This document shows positions 35,828 through 45,729 of a DNA stretch of 64,000 nucleotides, one piece after another. Source of the DNA: an uncultured Bifidobacterium sp. (GTDB lineage: Bacteria; Pseudomonadota; Gammaproteobacteria; Burkholderiales; Burkholderiaceae_D); the NCBI GenBank assembly GCA_964497485.1, contig CAZCDW010000001.1:14791-78790 (forward strand). Direction: 5' to 3'. A program made the translations under genes and the position numbers. The first letter of the stretch is position 1; every line of letters begins with the position of its first letter. The notes below the pieces were generated by a model, which saw nothing but the letters and a program-made list of their open reading frames with translations, was not told where the DNA came from and did no database searches.

Positions 35828-36358
35828 CTAAATTGATTCTGACCAGATTGGGATATAACGTCCGTCTTCTGTCCTTGTATATGTTAGTATACCATCTCCC
35901 ATACGTCTTGTCAACTCCTGTTTTGAAGGAGTCACATCATTGGTAATTAGACCATCTTTACGAGGTCTACCGAAATGGTATGATGCTAGTATATCACGAA
36001 GTTCACGAACTTGCGACTCCGAATAGTAACTTCTTACTTGCCATGCCCTGGCTCCGCCCTTCTGTGCCCCCATAGGCTCTGGAATTACCCCACGCTTAAC
36101 TAACTGTGGCATGTATTTCTTGTGGCGATTTACCAATGCCGCTGTCTGACCAACAGTATAGGCACGTTCTCTGTTCCTTTTAAAATCACTAATAAGACAA
36201 CTTTCAATCTGGTCTTTTATAATATTATAAACAGACATAATCCCATTAGATTTATTCAGATGATGTACCCGAACAAGGTCTCCATTTAAAAACCAAACAT
36301 TCTTGTTTCCAGGAATGATAGGCGAGGAATTATATTCTTCCATTGTTTGAGCAGCCAT
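35828..36358 (-). CDS. putative MerR-like HTH DNA-binding protein
   Basis: YTVGQTAALVNRH...YYSESQV. Confidence 0.6.
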   Translation of the reverse strand: MAAQTMEEYNSSPIIPGNKNVWFLNGDLVRVHHLNKSNGIMSVYNIIKDQIESCLISDFKRNRERAYTVGQTAALVNRHKKYMPQLVKRGVIPEPMGAQKGGARAWQVRSYYSESQVRELRDILASYHFGRPRKDGLITNDVTPSKQELTRRMGDGILTYTRTEDGRYIPIWSESI

Positions 36359-36786
36359 TATACTCCGACGGCAATAATGTTTAAGTCTAGGGTTGTTGTC
36401 GCTTCTTTGTCAAATACAATCTTGTAGTATACGGAGGTTGTGTCTACTGCTGTGATTGTAACTGTGGCATTTGTTACGGTTGTACCCTTTGAAACTAGCG
36501 TGGCAGTCACTACTGGTGTTTTTGTAAAGGTTGTTGTAAAAGCCACAAAGCCAGTCTTTGAAGTGGCTGCGGTAACCTTTTCACTATTCACAACGTTAAC
36601 TGTCTGGGCATCGAAGTTTAGCGAGTTAGTCTTTGTTACACCATATTTAACATTGTTTACTTTTACATTGGAACTTCCATATGTTGCCAGTTCCGAGTTA
36701 ATGCTAATCAATGAATTAACAATGTCATAGATGTACTGTGTGTCAATTGGTTGACCATTGCTTGGTAGGGAGGGTACTTTTGCCAT
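36358..36786 (-). CDS. small tail-tip / lectin-like virion protein
   Basis: FTTTFTKTPVVTAT...LNIIAVG. Confidence 0.6.
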   Translation of the reverse strand: MAKVPSLPSNGQPIDTQYIYDIVNSLISINSELATYGSSNVKVNNVKYGVTKTNSLNFDAQTVNVVNSEKVTAATSKTGFVAFTTTFTKTPVVTATLVSKGTTVTNATVTITAVDTTSVYYKIVFDKEATTTLDLNIIAVGV

Positions 36787-36805
36787 AGGTTAATTATACC
36801 ATAAA

Positions 36806-37678
36806 CTAGATTCTAAAGTTTACAATGTTCCCTGCTGTTATAACGGCAGTTGAGGATATCTTTACAGACGTAGAACTTGTTCTTTCCAAAATTGTTACAA
36901 CTCCTGAGCCAAAACTTCCTATTGGACTAACTGGAGCAACTGCTGAATCGGCATAAACTCTTCTGCCCTCAATTTTTTTACCAACTGGTATGGTTGTAGA
37001 GAGTGTTGAGACTGATGCAGTATAGGGACCGCTACCAGAAACAGTTCCAATTAATCCTGTTGCAGCATAATATGTAGAATATTCTGGAGATATTGAGACA
37101 AAGGTGATTTCTCCATCATTGTTAAAAATATTTGTTAATTTCGGAGTTGAGGATAGAAATACGGCAGCCTGGACAGCCTGATAGGTTTGTTGTGGCTTGA
37201 CAAAGGTTATACTATCCCCAGATGTTGTTCCTGCATATGTCCAATCTAGCCAACTTCCTGAACTATCTTTCCAGGATAAATACACATCAAAAGACTGTAC
37301 TGTTGGTGTATTTGGCAATGTCCATTTATATGTATATGAACCGTGTGTTTCTCCAGATGGAGAGATTGATGATTCAATATATTGGTCTACGCCCATACTG
37401 CTAGTAACCACAACTATGTCATATGGATTGGTTGGGTGTGGGTCTGTTGGCGATGCTTGAGAATTTTCTAGAACAGGTCTTGCTGCGTTTAGATACAGTT
37501 CATAAAAAGAAGAAATCTGCCCAAGTGTGTTTAGTGGAAATTGTAGTTTGTATGGCTCTGACCATTCTGAAAACAGAGCACCGTCGTTAGACTTTACCCT
37601 ATATCTTAGTAGATACGAACCATCTGACCTCAAACCCTGGATTTCTGATACTGGTATCTTAACAATCTTATTACCCAT
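36806..37678 (-). CDS. minor tail protein
   Basis: FN3-like RYRV...SEWS; tail operon. Confidence 0.65.
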   Translation of the reverse strand: MGNKIVKIPVSEIQGLRSDGSYLLRYRVKSNDGALFSEWSEPYKLQFPLNTLGQISSFYELYLNAARPVLENSQASPTDPHPTNPYDIVVVTSSMGVDQYIESSISPSGETHGSYTYKWTLPNTPTVQSFDVYLSWKDSSGSWLDWTYAGTTSGDSITFVKPQQTYQAVQAAVFLSSTPKLTNIFNNDGEITFVSISPEYSTYYAATGLIGTVSGSGPYTASVSTLSTTIPVGKKIEGRRVYADSAVAPVSPIGSFGSGVVTILERTSSTSVKISSTAVITAGNIVNFRI

Positions 37679-37679
37679 G

Positions 37680-39341
37680 CTATTGTCCTATCGCAAGGTC
37701 AAGCCTGAAGTTAATTAAGTCGTTAGAGTTAGCCTTCTTTTCAAGCCTGGTCCCTTCTGAATTGTTTACAACTGTGTATGCTGTAAGAGCATATAGTGGA
37801 TTTTCTGTAGTAACATTGTCATATCTCAATGCGTCTAAAACAATGGCAAACTGATTTGTTGGTGTTCCTGATACCTCTATGCTTGAATAAACTTTTAATG
37901 AACTAACATTGTTCCAGTTAAATCCAGTTGTTTTGATTATATCGGATATCTTTTTTGTAAGCACAATATATCTGTTGCCAGAGATTTCTGTACCGCTAAA
38001 AATAAGTCTGGCAGAATCAGTTCCGTTTCCATATGTAAACTCAAGCATTATGTAGTAGTTTGTTGGAACTACAGAAATTGATGTTGCTGCATTTGCAATA
38101 GAGAATGCGATAGAAATTTCATCAGATGCTGCAGCCTTGCTTAGGTCAATACCTGGGTTTTGGAACACCACATATTTTGATGCTGATGTAAAGTCATTGG
38201 CAGTAGCAGCATCATACTCTGATGTATTTCCTGGCAGAATCAGGGCATCTTCTAGCATTCTTGGTTTTTCTTGTCTATATGTTCTATTTGTATCTGCTAT
38301 ATCGCCAAGCCACCAAACATCGTTAGAACTAGCAAAAAATGGGGTTGTTGCAAAGGTGCTTGTCATTGTGGTTACATATGGTATTTCCAAGGTAGAATTT
38401 GTTCCATCAAAATACTCCCAGTTTTCTGTGCGAGAAAAGTTTAGCAAAATTCTGCTATCTGAATTAGTTGTATATTGGTTTGAGCCTAGCGAGTATAGAC
38501 CTAATTCTGTAATCTCATATTTAGAAATATCTGAAACTTCTGCGGTTAGCGATACTTGCTTTGTGTATACTGTTGCATTAAACAAATCGCTATTGTATGT
38601 GTACCCAGCGTAAGAAATATTCCATAAACTTGAGTCCCACGATGGCAATAGGCTATCGTACTGTTTTGCCACAAAGGTGGAGTCTGAAATTGAAGATATG
38701 ATATATAGTCCATTGACCTGTGTATCTGTGGTTGGACCAGTATTCTGATAGTCAACGTCTGTGATATAAACTGTATCTCCAATTCCAAATGGATGAAGTG
38801 ATGATGTTATAACTGTAATTTGGTCTGCACCAGTTATTTGTAAGTCTGTGCAAGAGATTACCTGCTTATCTACAACATATGAGCGAGATGTAATTGGAAA
38901 CCTAGCCATTTCAAAATCAAGTTTTGTTTTGCTTGCAAGGTCTTTTGAAGAAATGTTTGTTGTTGCTCCTACGCTTGCAATCGTTCCAGCAGTCATTGTT
39001 GATGCGGAAGAAACTGTAAAAGTTTTTGGACCAGTAATTGCTGTTACTGTGACTGGTCCGTAACCAAGCGTTCCAGTATATGGTGGAACAACAACTGGTG
39101 CTGGTGACGAGATAATGTCTCCAACCTCAATATAGTTAATCACTCCAGAGGTTACCGTAATAGTTGCAGTATATGGACCAGAGCCACTAACTGTTCCAAT
39201 GGTTGCGTTTGACGTTGGAAATTTTGTATACCCATTAAATAGTGGTCTTGGACCAGAGCCAATAGCAATGTGAGAGGCATAAGAACTTGCTTGTCCTGCC
39301 AGATATTTTGAAATAATTTCAACACCAGAATTAGTAATCAT
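37680..39341 (-). CDS. minor tail / tail-tip protein
   Basis: MITNSG...IAIGSG, EITELGLY. Confidence 0.7.
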   Translation of the reverse strand: MITNSGVEIISKYLAGQASSYASHIAIGSGPRPLFNGYTKFPTSNATIGTVSGSGPYTATITVTSGVINYIEVGDIISSPAPVVVPPYTGTLGYGPVTVTAITGPKTFTVSSASTMTAGTIASVGATTNISSKDLASKTKLDFEMARFPITSRSYVVDKQVISCTDLQITGADQITVITSSLHPFGIGDTVYITDVDYQNTGPTTDTQVNGLYIISSISDSTFVAKQYDSLLPSWDSSLWNISYAGYTYNSDLFNATVYTKQVSLTAEVSDISKYEITELGLYSLGSNQYTTNSDSRILLNFSRTENWEYFDGTNSTLEIPYVTTMTSTFATTPFFASSNDVWWLGDIADTNRTYRQEKPRMLEDALILPGNTSEYDAATANDFTSASKYVVFQNPGIDLSKAAASDEISIAFSIANAATSISVVPTNYYIMLEFTYGNGTDSARLIFSGTEISGNRYIVLTKKISDIIKTTGFNWNNVSSLKVYSSIEVSGTPTNQFAIVLDALRYDNVTTENPLYALTAYTVVNNSEGTRLEKKANSNDLINFRLDLAIGQ

Positions 39342-39351
39342 TTTTCACCTC

Positions 39352-39930
39352 TTATATTATACCATTAGTAGGGTTGTCAGAAGTCATAAATTCTACCTCT
39401 ACCTGCTCGTTTTCTCCAACGTTGTCTAATTCAATAATTATGTAGGCGTATGTACTGTCAAAATATACGTTTCTTGATGGAAATGTGTCTATAACCTTAG
39501 AACCATCTAGGTCTCCAGCGTCTGTTGAGCCAATGTATTCTACATTGTTAATTGTTTGTGGAAGATAGTTTGATAGTTTTAATGCAAATCTTCCCATTGT
39601 TGCTTCTATTCCATCCGACTGCTTTTCGTTTGCTTTGGAACTTATTTCCTCCAGAATATCGCTTGAGTTAGAGACAAGGCTGTTGCTTTGTTGAAGAATG
39701 GTATCTGTGCCAGATGTATTGATAAACTCATTGCCACCGATTCCATCAAATACTGCTCCAGTCATGTAGTCAATAGGCACGTTTGTAGTTTCAATGAATA
39801 GGTTTGATGTTGCAATCTTTACCTGTTCAATTCTTCCCCTATCTCCAAGATATCCATATAGTTTTTCTGGAATTAGTGGTGTTGCCTTTTTGCTACTGCT
39901 ATCTGTATTACTTGCTCCGCTTGTACCCAT
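39352..39930 (-). CDS. minor tail protein
   Basis: position in tail operon. Confidence 0.6.
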   Translation of the reverse strand: MGTSGASNTDSSSKKATPLIPEKLYGYLGDRGRIEQVKIATSNLFIETTNVPIDYMTGAVFDGIGGNEFINTSGTDTILQQSNSLVSNSSDILEEISSKANEKQSDGIEATMGRFALKLSNYLPQTINNVEYIGSTDAGDLDGSKVIDTFPSRNVYFDSTYAYIIIELDNVGENEQVEVEFMTSDNPTNGII

Positions 39931-39931
39931 T

Positions 39932-42900
39932 TTAGACCACCTCGCTTAAATATAGTTTCATGTCTGGACCGTTTGAACTTCTCTGATATTCAATATGATA
40001 CACAACAAATCGTGATGTTGAATTTTGTAGAACATTGTCAATCTCATAATCTATTGTAACAATATCTCCCAACTGAATCATTGGATTTGCAAAAATAGAT
40101 ACAGATACCGACTTCTTTGGTCGCATAATTTTTTCTACCATCCAGGTCATTAGGTTATTTGCTGTATCTATGTTTTGAATATAGTTGCCAGATAGAGTAA
40201 AATCTTTTCTACCATAAGTATTTCTACTGTTTTGAATATCAATATACTTATTGTTTAACTGAGAATAGTTTGAATAGTTGTTTAATTCGCTATTCTTTTG
40301 GAAGTATTCGTCTACTGTCAGGTCGTGTGCTGACTGCTGTGTAAATGTTACCCCCTGGATTCTAAGATAGTTTCCAGTTGCCTCATCAAGATTTAGTGCG
40401 AAATCTGTGGCATTAAATATCATAAATTCTGCACCATAGGGGTTAGCCCTAAAGTTAGAAACAATGTATCCTTGTGCGTCGTTAAATGTTGGAGATATCT
40501 TGGAATATAGAGCAGGGAATGCTTTTTCATAACGGATATTAAAATATGCACACTCTCTCATGATTGTTCCAAACTCTTCAAAATATAGGCTATATTTCGG
40601 ATGCTGATTGCTTCCCAACTCTTTAAGATATGTAGATAAGATTGCTGGATTAACAATATACTTTCTGTAGTTTTCGTTGTCTAACTTGTCGTCTGTAAAA
40701 ACATTTTTCTTAGTTGTTGGTGAGTTTGGCTTTGTAGAATTATCACCAATTGCATAAACATGCTCAAACAGGCATAGACCGCTGCCACGGACAAACAGGG
40801 CAAAGTTTTTATTTGAGGTGCTTACTGGAATCGCATCATCATCTTCAACTGTTGCGATTAGTTTTCCATTTAGATAAAGGTAAAACCTTCTTGAGTATGA
40901 GCCATTTGCAGCCTGTCCCAATTCTTCTGTTTCAACCATAAGGTCGTACACTGTTGGTGTCTTTGTGCTCATTGCTTTTGACATTCCAACAAACTGACCA
41001 TTATCAACTAGGATTGGTGCGTTTCCATACCAAAGAACTACAGGAATTGCCTCTTTAGAGTTTGCACCCTTTAAGACCTTGTAGAAGAAAACATTTGGAA
41101 CTGTGGTTACAGAGTCTGCTCCAGAGCCAGTATTGTCAACAATTGAACTACTTGTTAATGCATCTATTTCAAAGTAATACCCAATGTTCTTATTGGTTGT
41201 TGGGTCAATGTTAATTGCAATACCGCCACCAGTACCAGCGATATCGTAGTTTTTTCCACCAACACTGTATGTATTTAAAATTTCTCCACCAACTGGTACT
41301 TGCTTTGCTTCGTTAATAGCCTCGTTTGTAGGAAGTGGCTTGCCAACAATTCTCATTCTAGTTCCAAATGAGTATGCATTTGGACAGTCTGTTTCATAAT
41401 TTTTATAAACATAAGACACAGCATTGGTAGAATTTTGAAGAATTTTTTCAGCCTTTCCATTTTGTGCAGAAGCACTCGTGGTCCCTGTGTTTGATGTAAT
41501 AATTGAGTCAAATGTTATGTCTGTTACCTTTACTGTTCCGTTACCAGAGGTTAACCCTGAAATTACAACCGAATCTCCAACTTTAAATGCGTGACCATTT
41601 GTTATGGTATATTGACCGTTTGTGTGATTATATGCAAAAACATTTGCAAATTTCAGTGGGTTAAATTCTTGCGGTCCCTGTATTGACAATGCAGAACTTT
41701 TAATTACAGCGTTAGGCTTTGACTTATCTGCAGTCTCTGTTTTTGGTGACTCTGTGTAAGAAGAACTATCGAAGAAATCTTTGGTTACCCCAGTTACGTC
41801 TGGCTTGTCTGTTAAGAAACCAATTGAGTCTACTGTTTCGCTGTTCTCAATCATGCCTAGCGGTTCAAGGGGTAGGTTAGTGGCGTACAGTGTTGCACCA
41901 GACATTGCCCCAAGCAAAGATTTTGAAATAGTAATTCTTGTCTCAGAGTCAACTTTTTTAATTTTTGTGCCTTCGGCAATTGAGTTATGTCCTAAATGAT
42001 TAGGCATTTTTGCTACAGTTCCACCAGTTGTGATTGCTCCAGATGCACCATTTTTATTGGCAACTGTAAAATTGTTGGCTGTTTGTGATAAAACGGTATA
42101 AATTCCGTTATATGCTGATGGGACAATACCTGAAATTTTTACTTGGTTACCAATAACAAATCCATGTGATGAAGAGGTAATTGTCATGTTGCCAGAAGCA
42201 AACGTTGGGGTATGAGTTGCGATTGTTCTAATTGGACCAGGATATATAAACATACCTTCTGCAAGACCTATTGTGCTGTCAACGTCAATAATTGTTGCAC
42301 CAACTCTAGTAGCACCAGTTAACTTATAGCGAGTCTCTGCATACTGGTGGTTGTAGTTAGCATCTTCTTTAAATATCCACTTTGATTGCATTAAGAATGA
42401 TTTGTGGTTATCTGTTTCTGCTATCCACAAGTTTTCTTCATCTAGAACTGTGTGGGTTGTTACTGCTGTTCCAAACTGACCACGACCATGCTTGGCTACC
42501 GCACCCTCTTGTATTGCACCATTGGCATCAAAGTTAGGCTCTGCATAAATTCTTACTTTGCCTGTAGGGAAAATTTGTCCGTTAAATGGTAGTTTTGAAA
42601 AGTACTTTTGGTATTCTGTCAAGTCTTTAATCCAAACTGGAGAATCGTAACCAGTAACGGAATGTTCGACTGCATCATATTTTATAATCTCTCCATTGGC
42701 ATATAGATATCCAGTATAGCGAGTTAGCCAATAAATTGATTGACCAAAATCCATAATGTTATTAACAATCACTCCACTAGAAACAGTTGGGAGTGTGCTA
42801 GTAAGTTCTGAGTTTAGCACCAATGCACTCAAAGAGTAGTTAGATTGGTTTCCAACTTCGTCGTTAGTTGGTCTTAGTGATTCTGTTCCAGATACTTCCC

Positions 42901-45061
42901 ACAAAAGAACTGGCTTATACTTATACGTCTGACCCTTATTTAGCATACCTGCTTCTTGAACAGTGGAGTATGACTTTTGAATGTATCTATTTGTATATAC
43001 AATCTTTCCTCCATTGTATACCACGCTATTCTCTGCATCAAGCGAGGCTATGTTGGCTAGGACGGTATTTGTTGCGTCATTACGCAAAATTCCATTTTGT
43101 GCATAGTCTTTTGTACCATACAGAGTTATGTCTGTTGGTCTTTCATCAACTGTTGGCATAATGTAATTTCTTGACATGATAATTAAGTTATTGTCTTCAT
43201 CAAAGAACATTGCTGTTTGTGTTGACTGTGCAATCTCGTTAAGTACCTCGGCAACGGTGGTGTCTGGTGCTACAAAGAAGTATGGAATCTTATCTTCTGA
43301 TTCTCCAGCATTTCTGTAAAACTTATAATTAGAGAAACCTATGTTGTCTAGAATTGTTGCAATCGCATAACTCACAGATACGTTTCTAAGCAATAGAGAT
43401 GGTGCTACCACAGACTCTAGGTGGAATAGGAAATCTCTTAACTTAAGTCCAGCCTTTCTATCTGTAGTGCTTACTTCTGGGAATCCGTCAACATACATTG
43501 TTTTGATTGGCACAAAGTAATCTGTTACTGTTGGATATTGCCTATCATCAATAATTTGTTCATAGAACTTTACCTGCAAATTTTTTGACGAGATTGCGGA
43601 GATAAGGCTTCCTGTAATTTTTCCACCCGATGCAACAAGTGGATTGTACTCATTTAGTGATTGGTCGTAATCAAATAGGTTTAGTGTCCCTGTAGATGCA
43701 AGAAGTTGTCCTACAGGAATTCCTGTGTTTCCAATATCTGATGCAATCTTGGTTACGGAAAAGTCTGTAGTTCTGTCTGACAGGTCTGCAACAAGTCTTG
43801 GTGACATTTCAATCAAGTCGAAACTTGAACGATACTGGGTCATGGTGTCTACAACAATTCGAATGCCTTTAACAAATTGAAACTCTCTATATGTTGGGGT
43901 ATATACTGTTGAAGCACTTCCGTAAAATTTTGGAGATGTTAGTTCAGTTACCTTTGATGTTTTAGTTGTTAGACCCTCTTCATTTAAATACCAGCCATAA
44001 ATTGGGGTAAAAGAATTTGTTGTCCAGTTTGTGCCATTCCAAACATAAATTGTTCCTGCAGTAGCATTGGTTGGGTCTGGAACTAAGTAGGCATCTCCAG
44101 TTGCACCATCAATCGGCAATGAGTTTTGAAATGCATACTCGCCCAATAGTCTAAATGTGGCTGGTGCATTTGTAATTCCATATGCTAACTCTACATATCC
44201 ATCTGAGCCAATTATTCTTTTGCCGTTAGCACGTTGCTCATTCAATGTAAATGTTTTAGCGGTTGTCCACGTTCCAGATGTATTTAGATATTGGACTCTC
44301 CAACGTGCTGGAGTTTTTTGATTAACAAGATTGCCAGTGTTGGCTGGGTCTTCATAAAATGGGTCTTCGTATGATTCGTTGTTTGACTTTTTATATGGTC
44401 CATTATCTACATCACCGACACCTGTTTGCATTTTAACAACAATTCTGTTTGCTGGAACTGGGTCTGTATATACAACAAATGGTGCTATGTCGTCAGCAAA
44501 ATAGTCCCCATCCCCAGTTTCTGTTAGTCCAATTCCACGCTCAATGCTTGTTGTACCGCTCGCCTCTACCCTGTAAGAATTCCAATACTTAAACTTGTCA
44601 TCTTTTGATGATAGGTAGAATCTTGGTTGTTGGTGAATTTGTGGGTTGGAGTAGTTTAAAAAGTTGTCTCCAAAATATCTAACCTTGTTGATTCCAGAGC
44701 GTGGTCTAAACTTCGACACAACATCAGTTAGAGAGTAAAGCATTTTTTCTGTTTGGTCTACTGTTGCCACAATTGTAGGCTCTGCGGTAGTAAGGTTGAT
44801 TCCTGTATTCAAAACCGTTTGTGAATCTGTAGCACCGTAATAATATTTTGGTGATGATGCTGAAGTCTCTTTCGCCCAGGTTGACTTAACTACTCCAAAG
44901 TTTGTTTCTGTTGCATCAAGAATGTTCGGTCTATATCTATAGTTACCAAGTTCATTAATGTTGTCTGAAAAGTTCATGTTCCATTCAGCGATAATTAGCG
45001 ACTGAAGATTTACTGAAGAAGACTGCTCAAGGTAGTTTTTAAGGTTTGTATTCTGATACAT
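39932..45061 (-). CDS. large tail-tip (Tal / central fiber-like) protein
   Basis: about 1709 aa, follows Dit-position gene, C-terminal NPMIQLGDIVTI. Confidence 0.75.
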   Translation of the reverse strand: MYQNTNLKNYLEQSSSVNLQSLIIAEWNMNFSDNINELGNYRYRPNILDATETNFGVVKSTWAKETSASSPKYYYGATDSQTVLNTGINLTTAEPTIVATVDQTEKMLYSLTDVVSKFRPRSGINKVRYFGDNFLNYSNPQIHQQPRFYLSSKDDKFKYWNSYRVEASGTTSIERGIGLTETGDGDYFADDIAPFVVYTDPVPANRIVVKMQTGVGDVDNGPYKKSNNESYEDPFYEDPANTGNLVNQKTPARWRVQYLNTSGTWTTAKTFTLNEQRANGKRIIGSDGYVELAYGITNAPATFRLLGEYAFQNSLPIDGATGDAYLVPDPTNATAGTIYVWNGTNWTTNSFTPIYGWYLNEEGLTTKTSKVTELTSPKFYGSASTVYTPTYREFQFVKGIRIVVDTMTQYRSSFDLIEMSPRLVADLSDRTTDFSVTKIASDIGNTGIPVGQLLASTGTLNLFDYDQSLNEYNPLVASGGKITGSLISAISSKNLQVKFYEQIIDDRQYPTVTDYFVPIKTMYVDGFPEVSTTDRKAGLKLRDFLFHLESVVAPSLLLRNVSVSYAIATILDNIGFSNYKFYRNAGESEDKIPYFFVAPDTTVAEVLNEIAQSTQTAMFFDEDNNLIIMSRNYIMPTVDERPTDITLYGTKDYAQNGILRNDATNTVLANIASLDAENSVVYNGGKIVYTNRYIQKSYSTVQEAGMLNKGQTYKYKPVLLWEVSGTESLRPTNDEVGNQSNYSLSALVLNSELTSTLPTVSSGVIVNNIMDFGQSIYWLTRYTGYLYANGEIIKYDAVEHSVTGYDSPVWIKDLTEYQKYFSKLPFNGQIFPTGKVRIYAEPNFDANGAIQEGAVAKHGRGQFGTAVTTHTVLDEENLWIAETDNHKSFLMQSKWIFKEDANYNHQYAETRYKLTGATRVGATIIDVDSTIGLAEGMFIYPGPIRTIATHTPTFASGNMTITSSSHGFVIGNQVKISGIVPSAYNGIYTVLSQTANNFTVANKNGASGAITTGGTVAKMPNHLGHNSIAEGTKIKKVDSETRITISKSLLGAMSGATLYATNLPLEPLGMIENSETVDSIGFLTDKPDVTGVTKDFFDSSSYTESPKTETADKSKPNAVIKSSALSIQGPQEFNPLKFANVFAYNHTNGQYTITNGHAFKVGDSVVISGLTSGNGTVKVTDITFDSIITSNTGTTSASAQNGKAEKILQNSTNAVSYVYKNYETDCPNAYSFGTRMRIVGKPLPTNEAINEAKQVPVGGEILNTYSVGGKNYDIAGTGGGIAINIDPTTNKNIGYYFEIDALTSSSIVDNTGSGADSVTTVPNVFFYKVLKGANSKEAIPVVLWYGNAPILVDNGQFVGMSKAMSTKTPTVYDLMVETEELGQAANGSYSRRFYLYLNGKLIATVEDDDAIPVSTSNKNFALFVRGSGLCLFEHVYAIGDNSTKPNSPTTKKNVFTDDKLDNENYRKYIVNPAILSTYLKELGSNQHPKYSLYFEEFGTIMRECAYFNIRYEKAFPALYSKISPTFNDAQGYIVSNFRANPYGAEFMIFNATDFALNLDEATGNYLRIQGVTFTQQSAHDLTVDEYFQKNSELNNYSNYSQLNNKYIDIQNSRNTYGRKDFTLSGNYIQNIDTANNLMTWMVEKIMRPKKSVSVSIFANPMIQLGDIVTIDYEIDNVLQNSTSRFVVYHIEYQRSSNGPDMKLYLSEVV

Positions 45062-45729
45062 TATACCTCTTCCAGCGTTACGGAGATGTTCCAAAAATCG
45101 TAATTGCTACCGCCACGCTTTACCATTGTGTAATCAAAACTAGAGATGAACATCTCAATTGCTTCATTGTACTCTGCTAGGTGACCATACTGACCAGATT
45201 CCGCAAAGTTAGATTTTTTGTCATACGCTAAAAATACATAGAAAGAACCTTTGTGGTTATTGTACCAGTCTAAAAGTTCATTGCCACCTGCACCACCATC
45301 TACCGTATATTGGGCAATTGGTATATCTGTTTCTCCCAGGGCAGTTGGATAATAGATTGGCACTCCTGTAGAAGAGTATCCAATTACTGGCTTACCGCTA
45401 GTTGCATTAAACTGTGGGTCTAGGCTAAATGCTCTAGATGGGAGCATCTCCCAAGAAGTACTAATAGTCATTTTATCAGCAACGTGATATGAACGCATAC
45501 GACCATTAATCATTCGCTCACGCTTCTCAATACGTTCTGGCTTGAAAGAAATGTCTTTTCTGTTGTGGTCAGACAGAACTATAAAGTCGTCTCCTGCGGT
45601 AGCAGCATTTACCTCAAATCCGTCTGGAACTAAAAATCCATTTGATGTAACTGGAGGTAGGTCTGACCACATCATTGCTTGTGGTCTTCTATACTTCTTT
45701 CTACCAGCGAGGTATGTGCTTGTTGTCAT
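45061..45729 (-). CDS. distal tail (Dit-like) protein
   Basis: directly after TMP; RMINGRMR, WNISVTLEEV. Confidence 0.7.
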   Translation of the reverse strand: MTTSTYLAGRKKYRRPQAMMWSDLPPVTSNGFLVPDGFEVNAATAGDDFIVLSDHNRKDISFKPERIEKRERMINGRMRSYHVADKMTISTSWEMLPSRAFSLDPQFNATSGKPVIGYSSTGVPIYYPTALGETDIPIAQYTVDGGAGGNELLDWYNNHKGSFYVFLAYDKKSNFAESGQYGHLAEYNEAIEMFISSFDYTMVKRGGSNYDFWNISVTLEEV